Source: Azolla caroliniana
Lineage: Eukaryota; Plantae; Polypodiophyta
Direction: 5' to 3'
NCBI GenBank assembly: GCA_043228905.1
Contig: JBHGNT010000005.1
Location: 1,674,001 to 1,738,000 of the forward strand
Length of the DNA: 64,000 bases
In this document: positions 1 to 11,685 of the stretch, piece by piece
Numbering within the stretch: the stretch's first letter is position 1
Layout: every line of letters starts with the position of its first letter
The notes under the pieces: model-generated
What the model saw: only the letters and a program-made list of their open reading frames with translations
Databases searched by the model: none
What the model was told of the DNA's origin: nothing
Made by a program: the position numbers and the translations under genes

Positions 1-1073
1 CAATGACAGCTCCACCTTGATGTCGAGGATCCGCTCTTCGAGGACCTTCGACAGCTCCGTCGTTCTCTCTATCTCGGTGCTCAGCCGGTACCCGGCAGGC
101 TTGGCCTTGTCCAGTATGCCGGAATTGCCGGCATCACTCTTTTTCGGGCCGAACCGGGTGTCGTACCGTTGTGAGGGCGCTTTCCCACGCGCTTGACTTC
201 CACCAGAACCTCGTAGTTTTGGCATGCAGCTTCTACGAAGCCAGACTTTTCTTCGGCTGGGTTGTCCCACCCGGTGACTTCTCGGATCCACTACTCCACG
301 CAGTCCGCTTCTTCCTTCTTCAACCGGACTCCGGAGAGGCCTTCCAGCACCAGGGGCCAGAACCCGGAGTGGCTTGCCTTCTGTCCTTCGTTGCCCCCGA
401 CCTGGATTCCTGCCGATGCCGCATAATTCACTGCCTCGATGTGTCGCGCGACGGCCTCTTCCATCAGCCTCTTCATTCCACCAGGCCCGGTATTCACTTC
501 CAGCGCTCTCTGAGTCTCATTGGAGTGCACTCGGCCACCCTAGAGGTACATTGCGTTAGTACTGAGAGCATCTGCGAAATCCGCGCAGTCTCTACGAGCA
601 TGGCCAAATGCGTCGCACCATATGCATCACTGCCCTGCCGGTGGCCTTCGGTCGCAAGACTGGTCACCGTCGTCCCGTCATGCCTGCGCGATCTAGAGGT
701 CGCGCACCATTTGTGTCAATTCTTCCACCGTCGCTCCTCCGAAGGGACCTTTGACCACGCCGCTCGAGGCCGAGCCCGTCCCAAGCCAGTTTCGGGTCTC
801 TTCCTTTCGTGCCAGCGAAGGCTCCTCGAATAGCCTTGCCGGGACGGGTCTCGTTGCTGACGACCCTTCATCACTCCATTCTCGTCGTTTGTCGAAACGG
901 TTACAGACTCCTTTAACCACGGCCCAGTCAGTCGTGAGCCCCTCATCGGTCTCCAACATGAGACCTACCTTTTCTCTGTCCAACGCGTCGACCGCTTTGA
1001 CGAACAGCAATACCCGGCTCGTATCAAGCACGGTCCGGTCAAGCGCCGAGAACTGCGTGAACCACGTTTCAAA

Positions 1074-1891
1074 TGACGGGAACCCAACGTTCCTTATACG
1101 CAACGCTCGGCCACAACCGAGCTTAGAATGATACACAGAAAATGGGAAATAGAACACGACACAAAGAAGAGGAAGATACACAGGAGGTTTACGTGGAAAA
1201 CCCCAAACTAGGGGAAAAACCATGGCAGCCAGCAGGCTGCAAACTGTCACTATGTAAGAATGTACAAAACAGTGAGTTCACGGAGGCAACGACCTCGGAC
1301 TCACGATCTTCGCCACAGGCGGCGGTTACAACAGAGGCAGCGACCTCTTTCTCTCTCTCTCTCTGTACAACGTTACGTACTCTCTCTTCTTCTTGCACCA
1401 ACAAGAAAATGACAACAACAACACTAAAGGTTTGCCCTAAGTCATATTTATACTAATATGACTTTTCGGCTATTTACAAATGTAGCCTCGATGGGCTCTC
1501 AGAAACATATTTACGAATATGTCTCTTCCTCCGGTTCGTACCGGGTCTACGTCATCCGGCTCTCCGTAGCCGGGTACTCCTCATCCGGTTTACACCGGGC
1601 CTGCACCATCCGGCTCTCCGTAGCCGGGTACTCCTCATCCGGTTCTCACCGGTCCTGCACCATCCGGCTCTCCGTAGCCGGGTACTCCTCATCCGGTTCA
1701 CACCGGGCCTGCACCATCCGGCTCTCCGTAGCCGGGTACTCCTCATCCGATTCACACCGGGCCTGCACCGTCCGGCTCTCCGTAGCCGGGTACTCCTCAT
1801 CCGGTTCACACTCCGCCTATCAGCCTCGGCCGAGATTGTTCGTCGGCACTGTTCTTCTCCCAACCCATCCGGAGGGACCTGTCTCCCAACA
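1074..1891 (-). mobile_element. Solo LTR (copia-like) inserted in element D gag
   Basis: Ends TGACGGG...CCCAACA. 5-bp TSD TCAAA at 1069-1073 and 1892-1896. Removing it restores D gag (QEFETWFTQFS). TATAAATA on - strand near 1445-1452. Confidence 0.85.
1553..1811. repeat. 54-bp tandem repeat, ~4.8 copies, inside the solo LTR
   Basis: Unit CATCCGGCTCTCCGTAGCCGGGTACTCCTCATCCGGTTCACACCGGGCCTGCAC starts at about 1553, 1607, 1661, 1715 and 1769. Confidence 0.95.
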
Positions 1892-2996
1892 TCAAATTCC
1901 TGGAGGAGCGCCAGTGCGCTCCTCCCCTTTCCAAGGCTTTCAACCCATGCCATGAAGTCCCGCTTCGACAATCGAAGCGAGTCGTCGAACCCATACTTTT
2001 CAAGGACTTGCTCCCCGAAAACCTCCCACATCTGGCATCCGGCCAGCACCTCGAGCACCTCTGCATGGATGCTCGACGTCACCACTCAAGGGAATCCGGA
2101 CAGCTGCCTGTCTTCAGGGATGTCTCTCATGATCATCTTGGCCCGGTAGGCCTCCAAATAGCTAGTAGCGCTCTTACCACCAAATCAGCCTATGGTGCCG
2201 ACGATCAATTCTATGGCTCTGTCGAGGGTACCTGCTCCCTCACGAGCACTCACTAGCCGGTCAACGGCTACTGCCATAGCTTCAGCAAGCTTAGATCCCC
2301 TCATCTTTAACTCCTTTTCCGCCTCTTTCACGTCGGGTTCACCAAATATGTCACGTTGTTACGCGCGTGCGTGTAAAATGAGACGGGACCGCGAGGGCCC
2401 TGAACCAAGGAGCGTGAGAGAGGAGAGAGAGAGCGTTTTTCTTAACACAGTGAAAGAGGGAGAGAGAAAATAGAACAATTCGATTATAACACTAATAATG
2501 ATTACAACCGGCACACCGGCAACGAACCCAACACAGGAGTCCACCCACACACACACAGGCGACACACGCCAAGCACAGAAACGCGAAGGGAGAGCCTCTG
2601 ATGGAAGCGCACGGGCTGTCCACGAAGCAGAGGCAAAAATCTCCAAAACCCACAGAGAATGACAACCGGAGGAGAGAGAGAGAGCTCGGTACACGGTTCG
2701 ACAACACTTCGCCCTCGCTAACGCACGATGGTCCAGTTCTTCCTTCTCTTCTTCCTTATATAGGTCGTTGGGGAGAGTCCATTCTCCTTCATTCACAGTC
2801 ACATTACTTTATTCTCTGTCCCTTTGGACAGAGATACGCATCGATTTCCTAATAAATGTGTCGCACCTAGTACATTTACATCAGCCGTTGTACACATAAT
2901 TATGTACAAGTTATCAATTCACACGCCCACACATGGAAGGGCCGGTTCGTGCACGGTTTCTCTCGTTTCCTCCTAGGGACGGTTTTCTCCACGACA

Positions 2997-3369
2997 CCGT
3001 ATTGCTCGGCTAATAGCTTCTGTAAGGGATTTTGGATCCTTAGGGAAGGTAAGAAGTAAATCTTTTACATCTCCACGGAGGCCCGAACGAAACTGTTCCA
3101 TTAGAGCTTGTTCGTCCCAAGGAATATCACTTGCAATGAGACGAAAATTGGCTGCATACGTTGATGTTGGTTGATCCCCTTGTCGCAGTGTGCGAATCTT
3201 GTTCATTGTCGTTCTTACACTATCTATGTCTCCAAAGCAAGCCTTAAACTCTTCGATAAATTCTTCAAAGTTGTTGAGTAGGGGCGAATTTGCTTCTAGC
3301 AATGGAGCAAACTGACAATGTCGTGCCAGTCAATAAAGTGCCCACTAACCCGACTCGAGATGAATCCGT
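2997..3369 (-). pseudogene. Middle part of element E (Tcn1-like chromovirus) gag, between insertions D and B
   Basis: Reads DSSRVGLVGTLLTG..(frameshift)..APLLEANSPLLNNFEEFIEEFKACFGD..LRQG..YAANFR..WDEQALMEQFRSGL. Joins 21781-22123 in frame across the CCGT TSD. Confidence 0.85.
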
Positions 3370-4101
3370 TGTCGCGTTGCTACACGCGTGCGTGGCGAAG
3401 GGCGGGACCACGGGGGTCTTGGACTAAGGAGTAGAGGAGAAGGAATCGGACATGGAATGGAAGCTTGGCTCAAGAAGAAGAAGAATGAACAAGAGATTAG
3501 ATCGAACAAGAGGAAGATGGGAGACAAGATGATCAACAAGATGTATTAAAACGAAATGAACGATTACAAAATGGTGGCCGCATAGGCCGCACCAAACGAC
3601 TACTCGAAACCCTAACCGACGAAAATGAAGATAAAGATAAAGAAACCCTAATCCTAACCCTAACGCTCGACCTATGTGGTATACCTCGCACACTCAAAAT
3701 AGGCAACCCCCACAATGGTGTCTTCCCTCTCCTTTTATAGCACAAGGAGGGAAGACCGTTTACAAAAGTGAGACTAAAATATCCCCTTTCATTCAAAGGG
3801 GATATTTGCCTTGATTTGGGGAGGGTGAGATTGATGGCCCCTTAACTCCCACCTCCACACAAACAACTAGGTACCTATGTACCGCATAGTACCGCTCTCT
3901 CTCTCTCACGTGGATGTGCGCACAAGACCACATCACCTTTATACCTTAGGGATCTTATGGGGCATTTCTAGCACCATACACTTTACCCTTATTACTATTA
4001 CAAATACATTATGTACGTGTGCAACGTTGCACATCGCTCTTTGGCTCTCGTTGCTCGGGTTTCCGCTTGTGGACGAAAATCTTCACGACATCCGCCCCCA
4101 C

Positions 4102-6459
4102 CTAACCGCACATCCACCGGTATGTGCCAAAACATAGGGGAGAGAACACGAGATTTTCAGCCACAACAACCAACCGAGTCCATAGCGTCCTCGTGGGCCC
4201 GCTCAGTTCTGTCTTCCACTTTGAGCAAGACCACCCCGTCGACACGAACCGCCGCCGCCTTCCGGTCCACCATCCTCGCCGAATGGTCTCGAACCGTCGG
4301 CGCCATCCGATCCGCCACACTCGACGATGTTCGCCGAGTCGTTGCCTCCACCCGATCCGCCACGTCCACCGTGGGTCCTCGAACCACCAACTACATTCGA
4401 CCTGTCGTATCCGATGCCCGTGCTTTCCTCCCTGTTCGGTCCTCCCGAACATCGTCGCCGACCCGGTTGCTCTTCCTTTGTCCGCCTCGTATATCCTCCT
4501 AATGCGCTCCCGTTCACATGCCGGATTCCGCCCTTTGCGTGCCGCGCACCTCGGCGTGCCGATTCTCTCCGCTCCGCGCTTGCCTTCCGTAGGCTTTCCC
4601 CGTTGTTCGCCGTGCTCTCTCGCGGTAGAGCGTGCCATCACCCCGTCCTTCTTCGTGGCTCTCGTTACCGCTTCGCCTCGACCCGCGCCCTCTTGGCCCA
4701 ATTGGCCTCGCATGTGCTTCGGGACACCGCGTTTTCTCTTCCCGGTGCGTAGCCCTCCGTTCTCCACGCACCTCCTCCGTTTTCCTAGATACGACTCTCC
4801 GCTCATGCCGATCACGCTCGGCCCATGTCGTCGATCTTGGTGTTTCGCCGCGCCGTCCTTCGTCCCGCGCTTGCCTCTCGAAGGCTTGACCCGACCGTCA
4901 TCGTCGGTCAATCGTTGTCACTCATCCGCCATATGCATGCTTGTGTCTTGGCCCTCCACCGGCCGTATTGCATGCGTCTCATGTCGCGCTTCCGCCGTAG
5001 ACCTGACCTCCGCGTCAGTCTCCAACTCCTCGCCGCCACCCACCTTTTCTTCGTTCTCCTTTCGATCCGCGACCGCCGATGCCTCACGAGTAGGTGTGGA
5101 GGGTTCTTCCCACTCTCGGTCCACCACCGAGTCCTCGCCTCTCAAAGGCTCAATCGGTCCACCGTTTCCGGTCACTCGTTGCCGCTCCCCCGAGTGCATG
5201 CTTGTTCCTTGACCCTCCGCCGGCCATAGTGCATGTTTCACTTCACGCTCATCCGCCGTAGACCCGACCTCCGCGTTGGTTTCTTCGTCCTTCCCACACC
5301 GGGCATCTGCTCCGGTACCCGATTCTGCATTGTCTTCCAACTCCTCGCCGCCACCCGCCATCTCTTCGGTCTTCCATTGATCCGCAACCGCCGAAGTCTC
5401 AAGCATAGGTGTGGAGGGCTCCTCTTGCTCTCGGCCTCTCACCGACCCGTACTCGTCGTGCCCGGTTAGCCTCCTTCTCGCTCTCACCGGCTCCCACCGT
5501 AACCGTACCCGGACGGCTACGAATCGATCAAACAATCCCGGTCTTGCCGGCTTCCTTCGGTTCGTGCCCGGTTGACTGGCCCTCGCTTCACTCTTCTTCC
5601 GCTCTGCCTCCCGGTCGGGTCGGTTCCTGACTCGCTCCTCAATGCCGCTCCGGACCTCTCCTTCGGTCTTTTCGCACGTGCCCACTCCGGGCCTCTCATC
5701 CTCACGGCCACCGCCCATCTCTCCGGTCTTATGTCCGCGCTCGGGCGCAACCGCAGAAGTCTCCGGCCCCGGTGTCGAGGGATCTCGCCTCCGTCCGCTA
5801 CAAACCTCCTCTTCGTCATTTCAGTTGCCCGCCTTGCCGCCGCCACCGTACGTCTCTCTAGGTCTCACACCGGCTCTCGGGCCGGTTGCCAAAGTCTCTA
5901 GGACCGGTGTGTGGAAGGTCGCGGCACCGCCGCTTGTCTCCTCTTCTTCCTCGATTTCGCAAGCCTCGAGTATTCTCGCGAAATCCTCGTAGAACGTTTC
6001 GGGCTACCGCGTCCCGAAACTTTCGCCTCTCGAAGTGGCGTCCATTGCTCCGTAGATATCGGCCTCATCTATGGCCGTCCTCTTTCCACAAGTCGAGAGG
6101 GTCGCTCGCTCTGCACCCTCTCCCACATCGTCGCCGTGGTCGCCCGCCTTGCCGCCGCCACCGTTCATTTCCCTAGGTCTCACGCGGGCACTCGGGCCGG
6201 CCACCGGGGTCTCTTGAACCAGTGCGTGTAAGGTAGCAACGCCGCCGCTCGTCGATGCTATGCTCGTAGCCACCTCCATTCGGACATCGCCGTCCGTGGC
6301 TACCCTGCCTCCGTATATGCAAGCATTAATTATGCTTGCCACCTCCTCTTCCACGGTCTCCATACCGTTGTCTCGGTTGCCCGACTTGCCGCCGCCACCA
6401 CCCGTCGCTCTAGGTCTCACGCCGGCAATCGGGCCGACCACCGGTGCCTCTAGGACCGG
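4102..6459 (-). pseudogene. 3' part of the element B giant Gag-derived reading frame (repeat-rich, acidic then basic/Trp-rich)
   Basis: ORFs 6004-6441, 4918-5718 and 4102-4911 share one frame. They are separated only by single stops at 6004, 5821 and 4918, and are in frame with 20232-21038 once C is removed. Confidence 0.75.
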
Positions 6460-7725
6460 TGTCGTGAAGAAAACCGTCCACGAGCGGAATCGGTGCGCCG
6501 GAGCATAAGAACCGGCTCTTCATGCACGTACGCCTTACGTTGTACATAAGAGAGAATTAGGGACATGGAAGATCCTAGGTAGGTAGATTCGGTAGGTAGG
6601 AAGTTAATAGGAAACGGCTCCCTTCTTGCCTATAAAAAGGAGGGAGATGAGGAAGAGGGCGGGGATCGCGGAATCAGAGAGGACGAAGTGTTGTCGGGCT
6701 GTCGGTCGAAGGCTTCTCTCTCTTCCATACTCTCCGTAGCTTCTTTCTGTGCAGGTTTCGTGAGGCTCGCGCTGCTCTGACGAATGCTCGAGTGCTTCCG
6801 GCAACACCTCCAACCTACTCCTTCCTTTCTGAGCGTTTGCGAACAGGCATCGGCATCTGTTCGCCGGCCTGTTCGGTTGTAACCGACTTCGTGCTTTTGT
6901 TGTTTGTCTCTGTTAATATATACTTACATACCGTTGTGCCTCTCTATGTTGGTTTCCCCGCTCGCGTCTTCGTGTTGAAGGGTCGTGTCCTTGTGGATCT
7001 ACGCTCGCACGTAGTGGGTCCCTTCCCTTCTCCTTTCCCTATTGCTCTTCGGTACAAGACCCCCGAGGTCCCGCCTCATTCCACGCATCCGCGAGGAGTA
7101 CCTCGACATCTTGGTGAACCCGACGTGAAAGAGGCGGCAGAAGAGCAGAAGATGAAGGGGTCGGAGGGCACGCGAGGGCACCGGCGCCCTCAACAGAGCC
7201 ATTGAGGCGGTCGTCGGTACGATCGGCTGGTTCAGCGGAAAGGATACCACGAAGTACTTGGCGTCCTACGGGGCAGAAATGCTGATGCGGGACATTCCGG
7301 AAGAGAAGCGTCTTGCCGGTGTCGAGATATTGCGCAAGCGCGTGTGGAATCGAGGCGGGACCGCGGGGGTCTCGAACCAAAGAGCAAGCGAGGGAGGGGA
7401 CAGAGAGAGAACCGGCTACGCAGGACCGGGGATACACAGGGACACGGCCCTTCAGCACGGAGAACGCGAACAGACACCGACACAGACAGATGCGAACGAC
7501 TAAATATGTATATTAACAAAATTGCTAACACGATTACAACCCTCGATGGGGCACAGGTTGGTTACAACTGAACAGGCCGGCGAACAGATGCCGATGCCTG
7601 TTCGCTTCGACGCCAAACGGGGTAGCAGGTCGGAGGTGCTGCCGGAAGCACTCGGGCGATCCTCGAAACAGCGCGAGCCTCCCCGGAACCCTGCACAGCA
7701 GCTTTGGAGCTCGAGAAGGAAGGAA

Positions 7726-7762
<37 letters not shown>

Positions 7763-8196
7763 CGTCCAGAAACGGTCCGGCAGCACTTCGTCCTCTCCGC
7801 GCGAGATACCTGCAACAGCTCTTTCTTGCTCCTTATATAGGCCGACGAGCAGGCCGTCCTATCAGCTTTATTCCCTGTCCCTTTTGGACAGGGATCCGCT
7901 CCGTTTTTCACGCACCCGCGTTGTTACGCCGCCGACTCGTACAGTTCGCGCGCGCGACCGAAAAGACTGTTCGCGCGGTCTTTGTCTCCACTTGAGTTAG
8001 GGCCCGTTCCTGCCGATTACCCTCCTAATTCGCTTTTATGTACTACTTGGAGCTTGCGCGCGTGAAGAACCGGTTCCCACGCCTAGGTGCGCCGATTCCG
8101 CCTATGGACGGTTTTCTTCACGACATCTGCCCCCACCTAACCGCGCATCCTCCGGTATGCGCCAAGAGAGTTGGGACGGAGAAAACCGGCCCGTCT

Positions 8197-11100
8197 TCAT
8201 TCCTCGCCCGTCGGTTCTTCCTCGTTTCCGGATCGTTCGTCACTGCTGTCTAGGAGAGCCGGGTCCGGCTCGTCGTCATGTCGCTTCTTGAACGCTTTGA
8301 TCCGCTTCCCTGCAACCGGTATCGCCACTCTCGTGCCGTCAAGTTCCGCCAGGTGATATGTCCCGTTGTCATTGGCGCTCCGTACCACGTAAGGCCCGAA
8401 CCACCTTCGTGCGAACTTCCGTGCGGCTCGGTGCTGGTTGTCGAGGCTGCTGTCGTAGACGAGCACCCAGTCACCTTCTTCGATTTTCGTCGGTCGGAGC
8501 CGGTGCGTTCGGTCGAACCTGGCTTTGTTCTTTGCCCTCGCTGCCCGGAGCCTCTCCGCAGCCAGTTCCACGTCCTCCGGTCTCCGCTCGAGTTGTCGTA
8601 TGCGCGCGGCCAACAACTCCTCCCGGCTCATCTCGCCCCTCCAATCGACCGTCGCCCATGAGGAGATCGTCCGCTCTATCGGCATGATCGGCTTCTGGCC
8701 GAACATGAGCTCCGTCGGCATGTACCCGGTTACCGAACTGTGCGTGGTCCGGTCTGCCCACAAGGCATAAGGCAGCAGCCGCGGCCAGTTACCGACTTGG
8801 CCTCCGCACGCCCGAACCAACGCCTTGACGATCGGTCCGTGTCCGCGCTCCACCTTCCCATTCGCCTCCGGATTGTACGCAGTGGTGAGCGAGAGCTTAA
8901 CTCCGAGCCGGTCGAACAGCTCCGCGGCTTCTTCGGCGTCCAACTCCCCTCGGTCAGCCACGATCTTCCCGACGCACCCGTACCGGCATATCACGTCTTC
9001 GATTAGGAACCGGCATACGGCCGCGGTCGTTTTGTTCGGAAGGGCCCGGCCTTCCACTTGGTTCGTCAGATCCTCCCGCGCTAGGACCAGGTACCGCATC
9101 TGTCCTACTCCCATTGGCATCGTTACCAGATCTACCATCCATTTGAAGTGGATGGTCGGAGGGTACGTGGGGTGAAGCTCGTCCCGATGTCGGACTATGG
9201 AGTGCGTCTGACAGCTCTCGCAAGTCGTCACGAACCGATGCACGTCCTGGTACTGCCCCGGCCACCAATACTTCCCCTTTAGTTTCTCAAACGTAGCCCA
9301 TGTTCCTCGGTGTCCAGCCCAAGGGCTGTCGTGGTAGGCCGTCAGCAGCTCCTCCTGTTCTTCCTTCATCGCCACCACCCGGAGCGGAGCGCCGTCCCTC
9401 TTCTTCGGGTGCTTCCATAGGTAGCCGTCCCGGAGAAAGAACCGGTACGCTTTCCTCCGGATCCGGTTGGCCTCGTCCTTTGTCCATGACGCATCGGGCG
9501 TCATTGTCTTCAAAAACCCGCCGATCTGCAGCCACTCCCCGTCGTACTTGCTCGCGTCGAAGTCGTTAAGCGCCGGAGTGCTTGTCCCGCCGGTTGTTAC
9601 ATACGCAGTCTCGAAGAAGTCCACGCCGACCTCTTCGTCCTCCGAGACCATGCCGCCCTCGTCCTCGAATCTTGCCCTTGAAAGCATGTCGGCCATAGCG
9701 TTGTCTTTCCCGGAAATGTGTCGTATCACCGGGTCTAGGGACTTGATGTACGCTATCCACCTGAGCATTGCCAGGTCCGGCGTCGCGCATCCGGAAACCA
9801 TGCCGAGAATCGGCATGCAATCCGTCTCTATGATTACCCCCGTCCCGATCAGATAGTCCTTGTCGGCCTTCACCGCCGAAACGATACCCCAGAGTTCGCG
9901 TTTAACCTGGGCGTATCCTCGCTGCCGTTCGCTGAGGACCTTCGCGCCGAATCGGATCGGAAACCGATTGCCGTCCTCGTCTTCTTGGTTGACGACCCAC
10001 CCGATTCCGGTCGGACTCGTGTCAACCGTTATGTACACTGGGGTGTCCTTCCCGTAGACAGCCTTTCGGAGCGCCGGTGCTGCCGAAAGAGCCTCCTTCA
10101 GCTTCCGGACCGACTCCGCGTGCTTGTCTAGCCATTCGAATCTTCGCCCTTTCTTCAATAATCCGTACAGTGGCTCCGCGACGTGCGCGTAATGCGGGAT
10201 CCATCTGTGGTAGAAGGCGCATGCTCCCAAGAATCTTCGTACTTCCGTGACCGAGCTGCAGTCAGGCTTCATCGCGGAGATGGCCTCTACCTTTGCCGGA
10301 GACGGTTTCCGGCCAAACGGCCCGCACAAATGTCCGACCACCATGATTTCCGACTGCCCGAAGGCAGACTTCTCCCCCGAGAAGGTGAGCCTCGCATCCT
10401 CTAGCCTTTGCAGCACCTTCTCGCAGTCGTCGATGTGCATTACCACGAAGCGCCGGCATCCGTCCGGCCCGACCGTCTCGTCCTTCTCTTCTACGGGGCA
10501 TCCCTTGATCGGGATGTCGTCTAGAAACGGCATGGTGATGTCCGGGATGCAGTCCCTCAGCACCTTGTTCATTGCATTCACCATGTGGGCCACCGAGTTG
10601 GTCCCTCCTTGCGGCAGCGTACACATCCGCACTAGGCCGAGGGGAGTTCGCATCGTCGTAATGTCTCTGCTCTCCACGGCTAGCTGGAACTGGTCATACC
10701 CTGAGTATAGATCACCGACCGAGTAAATCGACCTTCCGGCGAAGGCCTCCGCGAACTCGTCTATGGTCGGTCCGATCCCTGCGTTCCGAATGGTCACCCT
10801 ATTGACCGGCTGCAGGTCCTGAATGAAGCGCAATGATCCGTTTTTCTTTGGCACGGTAAACCAGCGGTTTGAATACGGGGCGCTCGACGGCTTGAGAATG
10901 CCCATATCAACTTTCTGCTTCAACAGCTCCATCAACTTCGAGATGTGAGCTCTCGGCACCGAAATTGGCTTGAGATTCCACGGTACATGCGGTACCGTGA
11001 ATATCACCATCGGCTCTACGATCGTCGGGTCCACGCACCCGATTTCCTCCGGCGAGAATGCGAAGGCTTTCCCGTGCCTTCCGAGCATTCTCCGGAACCG

Positions 11101-11685
11101 GTCTTCCTCCGCCGGCAGTAGGAACCCGCCCCCACCGATCTTCAGCTCGCGGAGCGTCTCGTTGGTGAAGGTGTGTCCTATGCAGGCCGGATCTCGTAAG
11201 CTGGGGTCCGATGCAACCCCTTTGATTCGGGATTCGCTGCCCTTCGGTAAGGGCGCCGCGACTGGCCTCACCTTCCGGTCCACCGTCTTGTACTTGGTGC
11301 TCACTCGGGCCGTCCGTTCCGACTCGAGCCCTCGACCGAAGTCCGCGATGACTTCGTACATTTCTTCGGAACATACCGGTATCGTCCGGCCTTCGTTAAG
11401 GTCTTCTTCGGCTACCTTCCCCAGCATCCCCAAGGTGTCGTCGAAGGAGACTGCCTCCACGGCTCCGTTGATTCCTTCGTCAGGGCCGAGAACCCCACAC
11501 GCCCGAAGTCTCCCCTCCGTCTTTGTTTTCTCTCGGCCGGTGATGCCGACCATCGTACATGCTCCGCTGCCGGAGAAGCAAAATTTCCTACCTATTGTAC
11601 ACGGTTTTATCGTACAGATGTGGGGTTTTCCCGGAGCATCCGGACTGTCGCGGCCCCACGCCTTGGCAGTCCTCTCTAAAAATCC
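8197..11685 (-). CDS. pol: Element A Pol (RT-RNase H-integrase), probably entered by -1 frameshift; first in-frame ATG 11553
   Basis: RT: DLYSGYDQ, LPQG, PFLDD. RNase H: VDTS, RELWG, ETDC, NAMADMLSR. IN: H-H-C-C (YHD..GHRG..CESC), D-D-E (MVDLV, VADRG, KVERG), GPY. No chromodomain. Frame is open back to the slippery site. Confidence 0.93.
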   Translation of the reverse strand, partial: GFLERTAKAWGRDSPDAPGKPHICTIKPCTIGRKFCFSGSGACTMVGITGREKTKTEGRLRACGVLGPDEGINGAVEAVSFDDTLGMLGKVAEEDLNEGRTIPVCSEEMYEVIADFGRGLESERTARVSTKYKTVDRKVRPVAAPLPKGSESRIKGVASDPSLRDPACIGHTFTNETLRELKIGGGGFLLPAEEDRFRRMLGRHGKAFAFSPEEIGCVDPTIVEPMVIFTVPHVPWNLKPISVPRAHISKLMELLKQKVDMGILKPSSAPYSNRWFTVPKKNGSLRFIQDLQPVNRVTIRNAGIGPTIDEFAEAFAGRSIYSVGDLYSGYDQFQLAVESRDITTMRTPLGLVRMCTLPQGGTNSVAHMVNAMNKVLRDCIPDITMPFLDDIPIKGCPVEEKDETVGPDGCRRFVVMHIDDCEKVLQRLEDARLTFSGEKSAFGQSEIMVVGHLCGPFGRKPSPAKVEAISAMKPDCSSVTEVRRFLGACAFYHRWIPHYAHVAEPLYGLLKKGRRFEWLDKHAESVRKLKEALSAAPALRKAVYGKDTPVYITVDTSPTGIGWVVNQEDEDGNRFPIRFGAKVLSERQRGYAQVKRELWGIVSAVKADKDYLIGTGVIIETDCMPILGMVSGCATPDLAMLRWIAYIKSLDPVIRHISGKDNAMADMLSRARFEDEGGMVSEDEEVGVDFFETAYVTTGGTSTPALNDFDASKYDGEWLQIGGFLKTMTPDASWTKDEANRIRRKAYRFFLRDGYLWKHPKKRDGAPLRVVAMKEEQEELLTAYHDSPWAGHRGTWATFEKLKGKYWWPGQYQDVHRFVTTCESCQTHSIVRHRDELHPTYPPTIHFKWMVDLVTMPMGVGQMRYLVLAREDLTNQVEGRALPNKTTAAVCRFLIEDVICRYGCVGKIVADRGELDAEEAAELFDRLGVKLSLTTAYNPEANGKVERGHGPIVKALVRACGGQVGNWPRLLPYALWADRTTHSSVTGYMPTELMFGQKPIMPIERTISSWATVDWRGEMSREELLAARIRQLERRPEDVELAAERLRAARAKNKARFDRTHRLRPTKIEEGDWVLVYDSSLDNQHRAARKFARRWFGPYVVRSANDNGTYHLAELDGTRVAIPVAGKRIKAFKKRHDDEPDPALLDSSDERSGNEEEPTGEE
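11620..11685 (-). promoter_or_regulatory. Predicted -1 ribosomal frameshift signal (element A)
   Basis: G_GAT_TTT_TAG, 6-nt spacer, stem1 GGACTG/CAGTCC, stem2 GTGGGG/CCCCAC. Conserved in C at 16500-16565. Confidence 0.75.

Larger units (their letters stand above)
1..2996 (-). mobile_element. Element D: degenerate Ty3/gypsy of the A/C family (5' LTR 2349-2996, PBS, broken gag); continues off the left edge
   Basis: LTR bounded TGTCAC...ACGACA. tRNA-Trp PBS at 2327-2344. Gag fragments homologous to element A (DFMAWVESLGKGRSA, FSALDRTVLDTSRVLLFVK, GGMKRLMEEAVARH) carry frameshifts. Right flank CCGT lies inside element E gag. Confidence 0.85.

Noticed and set aside
1458-2085. ORFs with 18-aa repeats; repeat arrays here and at 22577-23450 considered as CRISPR-like
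   Set aside because: Plain tandem repeats without unique spacers, in a eukaryotic TE context with no cas genes.
3607-3664. Telomere-like AAACCCTAA/CCCTAA motifs in the B LTRs
   Set aside because: Only a few scattered units, a common plant telo-box-like motif. Not an interstitial telomere array.
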